This document shows positions 25,686-39,182 of a stretch of DNA of 64,000 bases, piece by piece (position 1 is the first letter of the stretch; every line of letters starts with the position of its first letter). Where the stretch lies: the NCBI GenBank assembly GCA_003971905.1, contig RSEE01000009.1:434001-498000 (forward strand), given 5' to 3'. The notes beneath the pieces are model-generated. The model was not told where the DNA came from. It was given only the letters and a program-made list of their open reading frames with translations, and ran no database searches. Source of the stretch: Moniliella sp. 'wahieum'. Taxonomy: Eukaryota. The position numbers and the translations under genes are program-made.

Positions 25686-26790
25686 TTTTGCAGTCGATAT
25701 AGCTGAAGCTGGAGTTGGAGGAGCAGGGCTCCAGCACCTCAGTGTCGATACATTGCCAGATTTTATGTGCGACTCGATTTTTCCCTGCACCAATAGCGCC
25801 CCAATACTCCTACTTCATCAGTTAACGCCCCTGGCTTGCCCAATCCAGCCAGCTGCAAAAAAGACTTGCCTAGTGAGTAGTAATATGTGGTAGCTATAGC
25901 AAACCAAGGAGGGCGAGCATAGGAGGCCCACATTGTCGGATACGCCGCCCGTGGACACGTTGACGACATTTCTGATGACCATGAGAGCCCGCAGGTATAA
26001 CACTGCTCGGACGTTGTTGAAGGTACAAAATACTTGGTACATTTATGACTTCTTTTTGAATCCATATCATTGAAAGAGCTTAAGGCTGGGACAGGGGAAT
26101 GTAATGCGCCGTGTGGTCCGGTCCTACGCGCCTGGACGGTCAGCAGAGATCGTTCTCTCGTGCGACGCGGGCACCACCAAACCCCCATCCCATCCGTTCT
26201 TTGCCAAGTGAGCACGTACGCGCACACCGGGCAGCAGCGAGCGGCCTGCTTGTAAGGCAAGGGGTGGCGATGGTTGGGGAGTGCAAAAGGGCGGTCGGGG
26301 AGGGGTGAGCACTGAGTATTGGCTGCAGCGTAGATCCGATCTCTGCCAAGGCCGAGGTTGTTGGCCGTAGAATTTCAGTCTGGGTTAGAAGGCGGGGAAA
26401 AGCTCAACTAGTGCCAGTAATCAGACCCTGTTTTTCAATTTTACCCAGCAATGTCACGTGTCAGCGGTCACCTAGGGTGATTCGTCAGTCTTCAGGCATG
26501 TCCTGTCCGGTGATACCGAAGGAGCACGGGGGCAGTGCGCAACGGCTTTGCGCGGTGTGAGGCTTGCAGCTGGAAGAGCGGCGCCGTGGGAGGGTTCTAG
26601 GCACGCGGGCGACGCAAGGAGCTGGCGCTGCAAGTGGCATTATGCATTGCGGGCAATCCGACGGCACTGCGACCACGTGTGACCTCCACCCCCACCACCC
26701 CCCCCCCCCCCCCCCAACCCCGCCGCCGCTGCCGCCGCCACCGCCACTGCCTTCACCGCATCGTCAACCCCTCTTGGAGCCACACCCGCT

Positions 26791-28238
26791 ATGTCCTCGT
26801 CGAGCAGCGTCGTCGGTGTCCACTACAAGGTCGGCCGCAAGATCGGCGAGGGCTCGTTTGGCGTGATTTTCGAGGGCACCAACCTGCTCAACAGTCAGAC
26901 TGTCGCAATCAAGTTCGAGCCGCGCAAGAGCGATGCGCCGCAGCTGCGGGACGAGTATCGGTCGTATAAGATCCTAAGTGGATGTTTTGGCATTCCCCAG
27001 GTCTACTATTTTGGCCAAGAGGGTCTGCACAACATTCTCATCATTGATCTCCTGGGTCCATCGTTGGAGGACTTGTTCGACATGTGTGGCCGCCGGTTCA
27101 CAATCAAGACTGTGGTCATGACTGCCAAGCAGATGATTACTCGGATCCAGACTGTGCACGAAAAGAATCTCATTTACCGTGACATCAAGCCTGACAACTT
27201 CCTCATTGGTCGGCCCCACACCAAGGGGGCTAACGTGGTCCATCTCGTTGACTTTGGCATGGCGAAGCTGTACCGCGACCCGAAGACCAAACAGCACATT
27301 CCTTATCGCGAACGCAAATCTCTCTCTGGCACGGCGCGATACATGTCGATCAACACTCATTTGGGTCGGGAGCAGTCGCGCAGGGACGACCTCGAGTCGC
27401 TCGGACACGTGTTCATGTACTTTCTCCGCGGCTCATTGCCCTGGCAGGGTCTCAAGGCCGCAACCAACAAACAAAATACGAAAAGATTGGGGAAAGAAGC
27501 AAACGACGCCCATTGCCGAGCTGGCACAAGGGTTCCCTGGTACGTTCACCCTTACTTTGATTCCCAAGTTTATGTGGGTAGTATGATTTAACCTCCCTCT
27601 GACTGGTTTGCCTGACAGAGGAGTTTGGTATCTATCTCAACTATGTTCGTAAGCTCGGGTTTGAAGAGACGCCCGATTACGACTTTTTGCGGGAACTGTT
27701 TACCAAGGTGCTCAAGTCCATGGGCGAGGTGGAGGATGGAGTGTACGACTGGAATTTGCTCAATGGGGGCAAGGGATGGGAGGTGAGCGTAATGAACCAC
27801 CGCGAACGCGAACGGCAACGGCGGGAGGAAGAGCGAGAACGGCGGCACAGGGAAGCAGCCGCTCCATTGGCTGCCGGCCCCCGGCTGGGCCTTCCCACCC
27901 ACCCCAATCTCCGCAGGACCCAAGCAAACCTCTCTCGCCGCGGCGGAACGAACGGTCGCGTACTCCTCCGGCCACATTGGCTTTGAATGGACCGATACCT
28001 CCTTCGGGAGGGAACTTGACCCCGCGCGAATCTGCGCCTGCAGGTGGCCGTGCCCCCGAGGTGGAAGAGAGGCGGCTGTTACGGCCATCAATCCCACCAC
28101 GGAGAGGCACGCCAACGCCACACTTCGTCCCCGCCACAACGGTACCACAAACCAGCTGAGCAACAGGAAGCGCCAGCTCCAAAGAAGGGCAATCCGCTCC
28201 TGAAAATATTCACGTGTGGGTGTGCAGGGTCAGCGTGA
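26791..28238 (+). CDS. Casein kinase I (Yck1/2 / Cki-type, C-terminal Cys motif); intron 27540-27618
   Basis: [74 protein letters not shown]-terminal [11 protein letters not shown]. Confidence 0.96.
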
Positions 28239-29472
28239 GGACCGAGGCCTGTGCTGTGCGACCGGTGTACCCTTTCCTTCGCGTGCAGATGGCCAGTTCG
28301 CTATTGTCCTGCCTTGACCCTTGATCTGACCAACACATGTTCCGACCTATTTTTCGTTTACTCTCGTTGCCCTGATGCTGCCCAGAAGACAAGAAGCGTG
28401 CTAGTCACTGTTGTTCGCGTTCTGGTGATGTATATGTTTGTTATTATTCTTTGGATGTTGATGATCCTTTCCCTCGCTTGAATTGGCTCCCGGACCTGAA
28501 GCTTGAAGCTAGAATTCCGACTTGAAGCCGAACTATAGGCAACAAAGACCTTGGACAATCACGATCTGCTGGTTCGGTGGTTTCCTAGTTGGACTGTGGC
28601 CTGGCCTTCAATGCAGTGTAACATCGGAGTCTATAGTCGGCTCAAGCTGAGAATGATGTGCCTCCCCGCGCCAGACGAAGGTGAAGTAGTTGGGTATTGA
28701 AGTTGTCGAGCGTGGTGTGGAGAGGTGAGTGTGATAAGGCGCCCTAAGGTTTGAAACAGAGAGTGCATATATAGCAGGGTGCTCCCCGTATTGCATTAAC
28801 CCCCTCTGTTAAGCCCATCTTCTCTCCAACTCCAACCACGATCCCAAATCATCCCTCTCTATGCCACTCTACGTAACCCTACGACAGAAGTGGAAGGCAA
28901 GACAGACTCCGCTCCGTCTGACCCATCAATCTCGTCAGCTTAGTATGTTTGGGTAGACCTTTCCAGGTTGATCCAGCCTCAAAGCAACGTTATCACCACG
29001 AGAAAGCCCACTCCACGATGCCAGCTCCACAGTCTATGGTGCATTCGCCTCTTTCGCGCGAACGAGGATGAGGGCAATGACAATGACACAATCTTCTCCT
29101 CTTCCATCTAACCCCGCCCATCCCGGCCCCGCCGCTCTCGATCCATCGTTTTCATCCCAGTCACTCACACACGGACTTGACTACTATACCCGGCAGAATT
29201 CCCTGGCAACAGCAGCACAAACGTTTTTTGGATTCATCAATTCTCAGACGAAAAGAGGACGGGGGGCGGTGGGTGCCGCCCGATACTGAAAACATGTATA
29301 TTTGACGGGAGGAACGAAAGAAATAAGAAAAATCATGTTGGACTGCCGACGGACCAAGATGGCCAGACCACATGGAGTCCGTCTCTCAACCACCCCACTC
29401 TCTCAGGGTGCGTTGTCCAAAAGAGAAGAGGTCATTTTGGAGGATGCACTGGGGAAATCACAGCACTTCCTG

Positions 29473-31118
29473 TTACGCAGAGGGTGTTTGGGTAGCGTTG
29501 GTAAAGCACTTGTCCCATTCGCCCGGGCCATTGGCCCATTCCAAGTTACGCAACGCGACGCCCAAGGGGCAGAGCCCTTTGTGCATCAACTCCTCGTCGT
29601 ACCCCTTGTGGCCAGCCTGGACCGGGCACCATTCTTTGCGGACCGGGTGAACAGCTTCGTTGACGCGTACCCGCAGGTATTCGCCCTTGCTGCCGCAAGA
29701 CACTTTCTCCCAAGCATGTTTGGTTTGGTACGGCACGATCTTAGAGGCAGCCACGGGGCCCCGGTACTTCTTCTCAGCATGGGGGTAAACGGCAGCAAGT
29801 CGGTGGCGAACAGACCAAACGTCTGGGCCAAGGGCACAATGTTGGAATCGTGGGTAAAGTCAGCGTAGATCGTGTGGCCCGTGTAGGGGGTGAGGGTGGT
29901 GGTGTTGAGGGTGGTGATGGGAGTGGTGACGGGCGCAGAGCCGTTGAGGCGGGCATACAGTTCGCGCATGTAGCCCTGGTACGCGGCGCGGTAGAAACGG
30001 GTTGCCAGAGCCGTCCGGGTAGTAAAAGCCGAGCGTGTAATAGTAATCCAAGATGCGCCATTCGTGCGGTTCAAACGCACCGCAGACGGGGGAAACGGTC
30101 AAGTCCAACTTACCGTCGGTCACGTTGGCAGAGCCCAAGGTGGTGAAGGAGCAGTAGGACATGATGGAGTTCACCTCGTCAGCAGAGAAACTGAGCTTAG
30201 CCGGGTGAAGGCGCTTGGCCAGTCGCTTGCCCACAACCGCTTGAAGCGTGTTGTTGCCATACGTGTCGGTGGCGACAGTGGTGAAGTTGTCGTACGCCGG
30301 GCAGGTGGACGGGTCGAGGGTGTTGTTCGCCCCTGGCTGCTCGCTCAACGCCAGATCCAACTCGGGCAGGTTGGTGAGGTAACGGACTGCGTTGGTCGTG
30401 TCCATGTTGCCAGCGGGCCACTCCTCGTTGGCAAACGCTTGCTGCCACCAGCGTCCCGTGTAAAGCACACGGTCGCTCGGCACTTCGGACTGGTTGCCGT
30501 AATTGCCCGAGGCACGGACATAGGGCTTCTTGTCGGCCAATGACGGTAGACGGTAGACGGTCAAAGAGACCCGAGTAGTAGCCCCTGTTTTCCTCGTTTG
30601 TCAGTCTCGTTTGACCACGGAACAAGTGAGGGGGTAAAAACGTACTGCAATGCACCGTACGGCACCAAGTCACCGAACCCGGCCGGAGCAGGGAGGTTAC
30701 GGAGGAAGCCGAGCAACGGATCGGCCAACTCATGGTCTGGAATGTCCTTGAGCGCCTCGGCCAGGCGAGCAGCGACCTTGGTCATGCTTTTCAACGCACT
30801 TGGGGTAGGGTACCGTGCACCGTGGCGCTGCACCGTGTTGACGAGAGTGACGGTGCATCCTTCGGGAGGGTAGATGTGCTCGTCGGCGGCGCGCTTGGTA
30901 ACGAGGTCGCGTGCGTGGCGACGGATGTAGGGCGCGAGGAGGTGCGGGTCGACCCAGCGGGCGCTGTAGGAGCCAAGATGGTGGAAGGGGTAGGTCAGGC
31001 CCACGTCCTGGTCCAGCGGGCCGTAGCCGTCAAGCCAGTCGTTGTGGTCGAAGGCGGCGTGGACGGTGCCGGTGGCGGCAAGCGTAGCGAGCGTGGCGAG
31101 CAGGACGGTGGGACGCAT
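29473..31118 (-). CDS. Secreted histidine acid phosphatase / 3-phytase
   Basis: Signal peptide MRPTVLLATLATLAATGTVHA, catalytic RHGARYP and YADFTHD, YLRVRVNEAV...C. Intron at ~30584-30644. Confidence 0.92.
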
Positions 31119-32679
31119 GGCGGAGGGGGAGACGAGGGTCTGCTGGGGAGGCGGATGTCGATCGGTCGATCAGGCTGGCTTTAAAGCTGCCAGTAACGCA
31201 GCTCGCACGAAGAGCGGAGCAGAGGCGCTGGTTAGCGGACTGAGCACGGAAGCGAGCAGAGGCGCTGGATCGCCTGCTTTGCTGACTGGAATATTGATCC
31301 GTACGTACGGCAGGCATGCTGCAAGCAGTGTGGTGTGCGCTCGTGGCACCGTCCCAGCGTTGCCGTCCAGCCGCCCGGGCCCGGGCGGGACGGGGGCAGT
31401 GGCGCACCAGTCACATCCTCGCAGCGTCCAGGTGACCGATGACTTGACTCGTCCAGTGACTGTCTGTGGGGTGTGGGTCGGTGGGCACCAACATGGTCGA
31501 TCAGCCGAATAATACGACGGCCAGCGCACGTACCCAATCGCAAGCATATGCCCCAGGCCGTCGTAGCTGCGGCGCCAACCATGGCCACCGTGACTGGGGC
31601 CCGGCCACCGCCGTGCTTCCAACAGCGTGCCGCCGGGCCAAGAAGACAGCGCACGAGCGCCAAAACTTGCTTGTCGTCCCCTGACCACCTGAACACCACT
31701 GCCTGGCCGTCCCTGCCTCTTCTGGTCCATAGGGATCCGCGCGCGTCCACCCCCCCTCTTCCCGGAGCAGCTTGGGCTGCCGGCTAGGCACGGCCCCGAC
31801 CGCACCCCTTCGCTCCACGCAGATGCACCTAACACGTGTGAATGTAGAAACGGTCCGTGCGACTGAGGCTGCATATCAGATGGATCTGATGGACATGGAA
31901 ATATTCGGGCCTCTCTGTGGTGGATGCAAAATCAGAGTTCAGTTTCCCCGCTACACTATATATGCCAGAGTACCGCCGACCGGGTGCATCACCCCCCCAT
32001 TATAACCCTGGCCCCCCATATAACGGCACGCCAGCGCATGCGGCGTCGTCGGATCGACACCTTCAGGCGGGCAGGTGCCTTTGCATGTGACTACTCTTCT
32101 CAGCACTACACTGGCAAAATGAGGATAAGGATCCGGATGTGCGTGTGTAAAGGGTAAAAGAAGTTCGTGGTCCGCTACTGCGGCAGGGGACGACGAGGGT
32201 GCAATCTGCCCACAAAACATAGCTAGCGAGTCGTGACTAGCTCGTATGTATTACTAGCAGGCGGTATGCGAAGTTCCTGTACAACTAGGAACGTGTGCTA
32301 CTACGACCGAATATTGGGCGCAGGTACGGCAGTCCGAATGAGCGCGTGCCGATTATTCCAAGTGACGAACATGCATCACATGCTGGGTGCGGCAGGCGGT
32401 AAGCCGGTACGCGCGGTACAGCAAAAGGGCAGGCACGGAAAACAGGTACTACCGTAAAAAGCTTCTTTCTACTCCGCAGCCTTGCGCAGTCCAAGATCCC
32501 TCCCACAAGTCGTCCCGCAACCGCGCAACTGGCGTAACGTCGATTACACGCATGGGTAACTCCGACAACTCAAAAAGTAACCGGTCGAGAACCGCGGGCC
32601 GCAACCCCCGTTCTCCTAATAGTAGAAACACCTGAAGGCACCGGACCGGCTGGTTCCTGGCTCCCACGTTGCCCACATT

Positions 32680-32750
32680 GGACGTTGAATACGTTGAATG
32701 TACTTCAAGCTGCAAGCTTCAAGGCTGAAGCTAGCTTCACGCGTAAGACC
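32680..32750. repeat. TNA+palindromic 4-mer array (ACGT/AGCT/CGCG), degenerate
   Basis: acgt TGA at acgt TGA ... TCA agct GCA agct TCA aggc TGA agct agct TCA cgcg TAA. Confidence 0.55.
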
Positions 32751-33447
32751 TCTCCGCGGTATACGCGGTACGAAACACCTTCACCAGTCCTTTAGCCATT
32801 TCATTAGCACTAGACTAACAGTGTTGGCATCATGCCCTGGGATATATGGGACATGGGACGGTCAAATCAATCCTGAGCGTTTTAGCCATTTGCCGTTACC
32901 GGAGGGTAGAAGAGTCATGGTTCATGGTTATAATGATTACCGAAGTGGAGGCACGATCACGCTGGAAGCATCTACTACAAAAGCCAGGGTCGTAGGATGA
33001 AAAAGGCAAATGAAGCTTGAAGGGGGGAGGTATAGGATGACGAAAAAGGGGACAGGGTGGGGCTGGCGGGGCTGGATGGGGGATGGGGGGGAAGGGAAAA
33101 TCAAGGGCCCCGTCAGTACGCAAGACGTTGCACTTGGTTGGGACGGGGAAAAAGCGCGACGAAACAGAAAAAAATAGAGAAAAAAGAAGGTTCGCCGATT
33201 CGGCGCTCGTCAAGGGTCGGACATGCATGCAGCGGAGAAGCACGTGCTGCTCAGCTTCCCATAGTGGAGCGGGGGCGGAGCAAGGTCGAAGAGTGAACCT
33301 CCGCAGAGGAAAGAGGGTTTGAAGCGGCGCAAGGCACTCAAGGGAGAGAGGAAAGGAATGTGGGTACCGGTGGCAGTGGCAGTGAGACAAGGGTGGGTGG
33401 GCAGGAGGGTCGTGCAAAGAAAGAGAAAAACAAAGAGGGAGAAAGGA

Positions 33448-36109
33448 TCATCGCATCATCGAACATCGAGCATCCGCATCATTGCTGCACGCTCCGACAA
33501 GCCGTTTCGAATTGAGATGCCAGGGAAGACGAAGGGCATGCTTGTGCGGATCGTGGGAGAGCATCGGGTCGTCGAGCAAAAGGAACTTGACGCGTTCAAT
33601 CAACCCCTCCCCGCCCTCGAGGGGGAGGAACCCGCGATCAAAGCCATAGATCAGTGCCTCAAATGAGCGCAAATCTTCCGGCGACAGTTCCTTGGCCAAG
33701 CACCGGTACATTGACCTGTGGGCCAATAAGTCTTCCTCGGACACCCCAGGTACTGGCTCCGACGCTACCGCATTGGACACAGGAGTCGCCGGAACCGACG
33801 CAGCAGAGCCGTACGCCGAGCTGGGAGCGCTGGGGCTCGAGCTGGCGCTGAGCGGGGCCGAGAAAGGATCGTGCAACAAGACCTCCACTTCTTCCTCATC
33901 AAGATGTCGGTTCCGTACGTGCCGTTCCTGTGGGACAGGGTCATGCACCGGGCTCGTCGGGACACTCTCGTGCGACAGGGCCGACGGTGCAAACAAGTCG
34001 CCTGCGTTGGTGGGGATCGAGTCGTGGACACTGCAACTGGAGGCGGCACTGGAGGGACGAGTGAAAGTACGTTTGCGCGTACTGCGTCCCGATCCATTGG
34101 ACATGTGAGAGCGCACAGAGTGCAAACTGCTCCGTGGTCGCACCTGTGCCGGGACATTCTCTTTGCCCGTTCTCGTACTGGTACTCGTACTCGATTCGGC
34201 TAGGCTAGGAGAAAAGCCTGGCCCAGGGGGGCACGCTGGAGCTGAGTTCTGCTTGACATGACGGGTTAGATGAAGAGGCGCAGGTGAATTCTTCGCGTGC
34301 GAGGTTGCATGGGATCCAGGCGGGGAGAAAGAAATTGGGGTTGAAGACGACGGATCTTGGGCATTGTGCTGGGAATGGTACTGTTCCAAGATCTGCGACA
34401 GATCCGAAGTCGTGGAGGGCAAACCAGGCCCAGAAACGGGCATAAGGGTAGGTTCCGACACTGGCATCGCGCTCGCCATATCCCCTCCAGGGGTCGAAGT
34501 GTAAGGGGGTTCTTCCAAGGGTAACGATCCTCTGGTGAGGTGGGAAGCGACGTTGAGATCTGGTGGAAATTCCGTTCACGAAGGCGGAAGATCTATATGC
34601 TCCAGAGGCGGTGAGAGGGGCGCAGACTCCCTGGGAAGGTGATCCTCCAGCAACCCAAGCCGGGGGCACAGCCTCACCTTCCATGGCAGGCTGGGTCTCG
34701 GTCTCCTGCTCTGGCAAGTAGGAGACGTCTGTATTAGGGCCAGAGAGAATCCGGACCCAGCGAGAGACGGGCGGTACTGAAACGAAAGTAGAGGACATCG
34801 TCGGTCCACCTTCTCTCGGCTATCTGAAGAGACGGGGAGCGGGAGGGCCCACCCAAGGCATCGGCCATTGGCGCATGTCTTCATCTTGGGCCAGCACATC
34901 GGCCATTGTGTTGGCCCGATGGTGAGAACGGTAGATCCGTCGCGAACGAGGTTGAAGGGGTTGAGGGGGTGATGCAGAGGAGGTGGAATAAGTGCCCGCA
35001 GGGCGATGAGAGGAGGCTACCACGACCCGATGTGCGGCGAGGAGCGTCAACCCGAAGGGCGGGAGAAGATGGCAAAGGAGGTGTGGTGGACTCCAGCAGG
35101 GTGTCTAGCGCAGGAACAGGAGGTTTGGCAATAGCCGGAATTGGAGCCGGAGCCGGTGGGGCGGTAGCACGAGGCGTGGCGCAAGGCCGCGGCCAAAGGC
35201 GGTAGCTTCGCTTATGGCGCTGTCTCCACTCGGCCTTCTGTGATTTTCGGAGGAAGGTAATGTGCGTTGGTAGTGCTGAGCTGGATGCCAGCCAGAAGAT
35301 CGGCGAGCTGATTAGGGACCTGCTGAAGCGTTTGCTCCAACGCCATCTATATGAGACCCGAACAATTGGTCAGGAACTCCGCAACAAGACAAAAAAGTTG
35401 GCACATACCTGTTGGGCCGCGCGGGCCATGGAGGCCCACATGTCGGCATTGGCCTTTGCAGCTGCCAAGTTGGCGTTGGACTCCTGCAGTTCTCCATTGA
35501 GGAGGGCGATGGTGGTGGCAGCCTGGGCGCAAGTAGTTTGGAGAAACATGTTCTTGCTTGAGGTGTCGAGCTGGGCGCGAAGCACGCGTACCTCATCGGG
35601 CGGGGGGGGCGGGGGGGGCGGGGGTACTGGGTATGCGGGGGGCAGCAAATGCCAGGGGTGTTGTGGGACACTTGTTTTGCTACTGAGCGCGCTCTGGGTA
35701 CTATGAGAGCTGTTGCCACTGTGGCTGGGCGGAAGCGCTTCGGAGGCGCTGGTGCTGGTGTGAGAGGCAGGGGAGCGGGAAAGCAAGCTGGACTGGGTGC
35801 TGAGCGAGACCGAGGATTGTCGGCTGCTTGGTTTTGTGGCCCGACCGGGTGGTGGGGACGTGATGGGCGTGGCAGGGATTGAGGAGCATGAGCGGATGGG
35901 GGCGGGGGGGATGGTGGAGGCGCCGGGGCGGGGAGGGGGTGGGGGCGGAGAGGGAGCGAAACGGAGCGTGTGTCGGGACGGGCGGGTGGTTTGCGGGAGG
36001 CGCGCAGACGGCGCCAGGCATCGGCGCCGAGGGAGGAGGGTACGCGGCGGGGGATGGAGGCAGGGAAGGAGGCGGGGCTGTCGCGCCGGGTGAGGCGCGG
36101 GGAGAGCAT
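33448..36109 (-). CDS. Hypothetical Pro/Ser-rich protein with central coiled coil and helical C-terminal domain
   Basis: Chained ORFs 35312-36109, 35370-36218, 34820-35050, 34205-34798 and 33448-34518. EVRVLRAQLDTSSKNMF...ALLNGELQESNANLAAAKANADMW; C-terminal ELSPEDLRSFEALIYGFDRG. Confidence 0.6.
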
Positions 36110-36434
36110 GGAAGGGGGGGGGGGGGCGGCGGCAAGAAGGAGCGTGGAGGCGAGGAGAGGCGAGGAGAGAGACGATCACGGCAGGGCCAAGCAGCGCAGA
36201 GCATGCAAACCCACGCACAGCAGAGGCAGCCTGGGGGCGACCGGCTGGGCGTGGAAGGGCGGGGGAGACAGCCGACCAGCCGTCGATAATCTTTTTGCTG
36301 GCCCCCTAAACCTAAATAGGACGGGGATATCGACAGATGCATCCGCAGCCGCCTGCCAGGCACTGAATAATACGCACACGCGCTGCCTCAGCCCTGATTC
36401 CCTGCCGCAGCGGCGGTGTCCGCATGGCGCCAGA

Positions 36435-37170
36435 CGCGTGACGCGTGACGTGGGAGGGGGTGGTCGTACTGACGTCACATATCACGCGTCAACCGTCACG
36501 GTACGCGTAAGCCAACACCCACCCACCCACTCCGGTCGCTTCCACAAAGCGCCCCGCTGCTGCCCCGTAGCACTTGATTTGGGGCCACCAATCACGAATC
36601 ACCGGTCCCCCAGGCCCCAGTCATGCATCGCCATGCAGCATCCACATCCCGGTATCACCCATTGTGCACAAGCATCATGCATCACACGCCAACCAAGCGC
36701 AGGCAGTGCGGGCAACATGCGCCCCACTGCAGTCCACCGCCCACGGGCGCCACACCAGGCCACATCCGCCCACCGGCTCAAATGTGTGATTCAGCGCTCA
36801 GTGGCTCAGCCGTGAGGCGTGAGGCTCACGCTCGCGCTTTAAAATGTATCCCATCTCCAATTCATGGCTAGGCGCTAAGCGTTACTAACACGCACTAATA
36901 AACGTTGGTACGTTAAAAGTTAACGTCTAAACGTCCAAACCCTGTACTCCGTGGTACTCAGTCTGCTCTATCTGAGTACTCACAGTCTGAGTACTCACAG
37001 TCTGAGTACTCAGTCTGAGCGCTTAGGCTTAGGCGCTCAGGCTGAGCGCTTAGGGCTTGGGTGTAAGTACTAAGTAAGGACCAACAATTTCCGCCCTCTT
37101 CAGCTCGCCTCGCACCACGCGTCCCATCATGCATCATGCATCATGTCACATGGCACATGCCCCGGGCCAC
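36435..37170. repeat. TNA+palindromic 4-mer arrays, including a 15-bp tandem TCTGAGTACTCACAG (2 full copies + 1 partial)
   Basis: ~36438 TGA cgcg TGA; 36973-37050 TGA gtac TCA repeats and TGA gcgc TTA; 37127 TCA tgca TCA tgca TCA. Confidence 0.75.
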
Positions 37171-39140
37171 AGGCCACATGGGTGACTTGTCGTCTCCGAT
37201 ATCGTCCATCTCACCGGTCACCGGCAGGGCATGGCACGGCCGAGGCCCCGCTGGCCCCTCCACTGCCGCCCGCCCAGCCACCGCCCACCCCGCTGGAGCG
37301 TCCGCTTCGCTTACTTACGTAACACCATCCCCACCACCTCCTCCAGGTACGCGTGACCCGGTGGCCGCCTAACCATAAAGAAATTGCAGCCTGCCCGCCC
37401 GCGCACGGCTCAGTTTCGGGTTTCTTTGGTGGGCGTTTCACCACCTCAAGTACGAGCCCGAGGAGCGACCGACCGCGGAGGGCAATTGCAAATGCAGCGC
37501 CTGTACGCAAGACCATGTTCAACATTCAGGTACCCTCTCCATTCTTCCTTGTGTTTCGCCCTGGTAGTTGTGCGGTTGCTCAGCGCGCTCAGCGCTGCTC
37601 AGGCCCTGGTTTGCTCTCGCGCTGGACCCAGCGTCCAACGTCCAACCCCTAAACAGTCAGCACACACAGCTCACGCGTCACGCTTCACGGCCTCATGCAT
37701 CATGCACATGCCATACCCACAACCATCACGTGATGGTGGCCAACACATCCCCAGGTGGCAGCTTGTTGCCATCCGCCCTATATAGCACAGCCGACTGCGA
37801 GTCACGTGATTCGGCCCATTTTCCCCTCCTCCCTAGCCTCAGTTTCTCTGGACGATTCCGTCGCGGAAGCTTCTTCAAGCTTCATCAATTTATCCCAAGA
37901 CAATGTTTTCACACCCAGTGGGAGTAGAATCTAGGAAGGTCTCAGCGTACAACTAGCATCGCCTAGCGCTCGCCTGGGTACGCGGGTGGTAGCCTGTGGT
38001 GATCAGCGAGCCCGCCGTTTTTTTGGCGTCCAGGAGGAACCAGTGATTACTACACCAACCCCGAACTTATATGATGCCCCCCGTCTATACAGCCTTCTAT
38101 GGGCCCCGCCCCCACCTCCACCCACCGCCACAGAAACCGAACCACACCGGAGCCCAAACAACTCTTGGCAAGTTCCTTACTCGGTACATCCGGTACGCAG
38201 TAAGCATCTGCAGTCTGACCTAAGATCTGAGACTCAGATCTGCGCACTCGTTCCTCACGCCACCCACCACCTCCACCACCGCCGCCACCACCCATCCACC
38301 CACCGAACAAACTATTCCCCGAAACAGCAAGGGGAGAAAAGTGTGTCGCCCGAGCCTGTGGTTCCCTTCGGTGATTAATGTCTTTCTATGTTCCTTTCTG
38401 GAAGGCAGGAATATTCTCTAGCCTCTCCGTTGCTCTTGCGCTGATGCCCTGCAATGCAAACCCAGTATCTGGAAGCTGGAAGTGTTGAGCCACCGGGTGG
38501 CTCGTGCTTTGGCCAATGTCCCTTCAGTTCCTCCTCAGGCCTAGGAGTTCCGTTGTTTTTCTCTCCTGTTTTCCTTGTTCCGCAGCTTAGCCCCTGGTGG
38601 CGACTCGCTGTTTGATGTTCCTCAGTAGGCGTTGCTGGTTGGCTTAGACCATCACCACCCCATCAGTGCGATTGCATCACCCTCGAGGACCATCCGGACT
38701 CCAGGTCTCATCAGGAAGCCTGTTCCTCAAGCTTCAACTTACTAGTTACTATTGTTGCGAAAGCGATTAGATCATTCGTACATCAGTATCAATATAGGCC
38801 ATGAGGTACATGAGGAGGGGATATTTAAGGGCCCACCGACACCTCATTGCAAGGAGCGCGGAGCGCTGATTTTTCCACTCCGTTCCCTTCCGGCCTCTCG
38901 CTCGTTCTATTCTATCGCCTGGCCCTCCCCTGCGCCTTGCACCTTCAGAAAATATACGTGAAACAACAGCAGCGTAGAAAGGTTGGATGCATGCATGATT
39001 GGAGTTTCTTTTGTGAACTGAAAGTACTATTCTTAGTAGACTTGACGTACTACAAGCGCTAACATATATGCACTGTCCCGTTTTGCCCTGGAAAAACTGG
39101 ACGCTGGACGCTGGAGCTCCACCCAAACCGGATCCGCCTT

Positions 39141-39182
39141 TATTCACCCCATTCACCCTATTCACCCTATTCACCCTATTCG
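39141..39182. repeat. 9-bp minisatellite (ATTCACCCT) about 4 copies
   Basis: tattcaccccattcaccctattcaccctattcaccctattc. Confidence 0.8.

Noticed and set aside
26690..26720. Long poly-C/G runs (also ~35600, 36115, 39183, 40222) as G-quadruplex elements
   Set aside because: Ordinary homopolymer tracts in GC-rich UTR or Pro-coding sequence, and their lengths are unreliable in this assembly.
36971..37020. CRISPR-like array
   Set aside because: A direct 15-bp tandem with no unique spacers, eukaryotic context and no cas genes.
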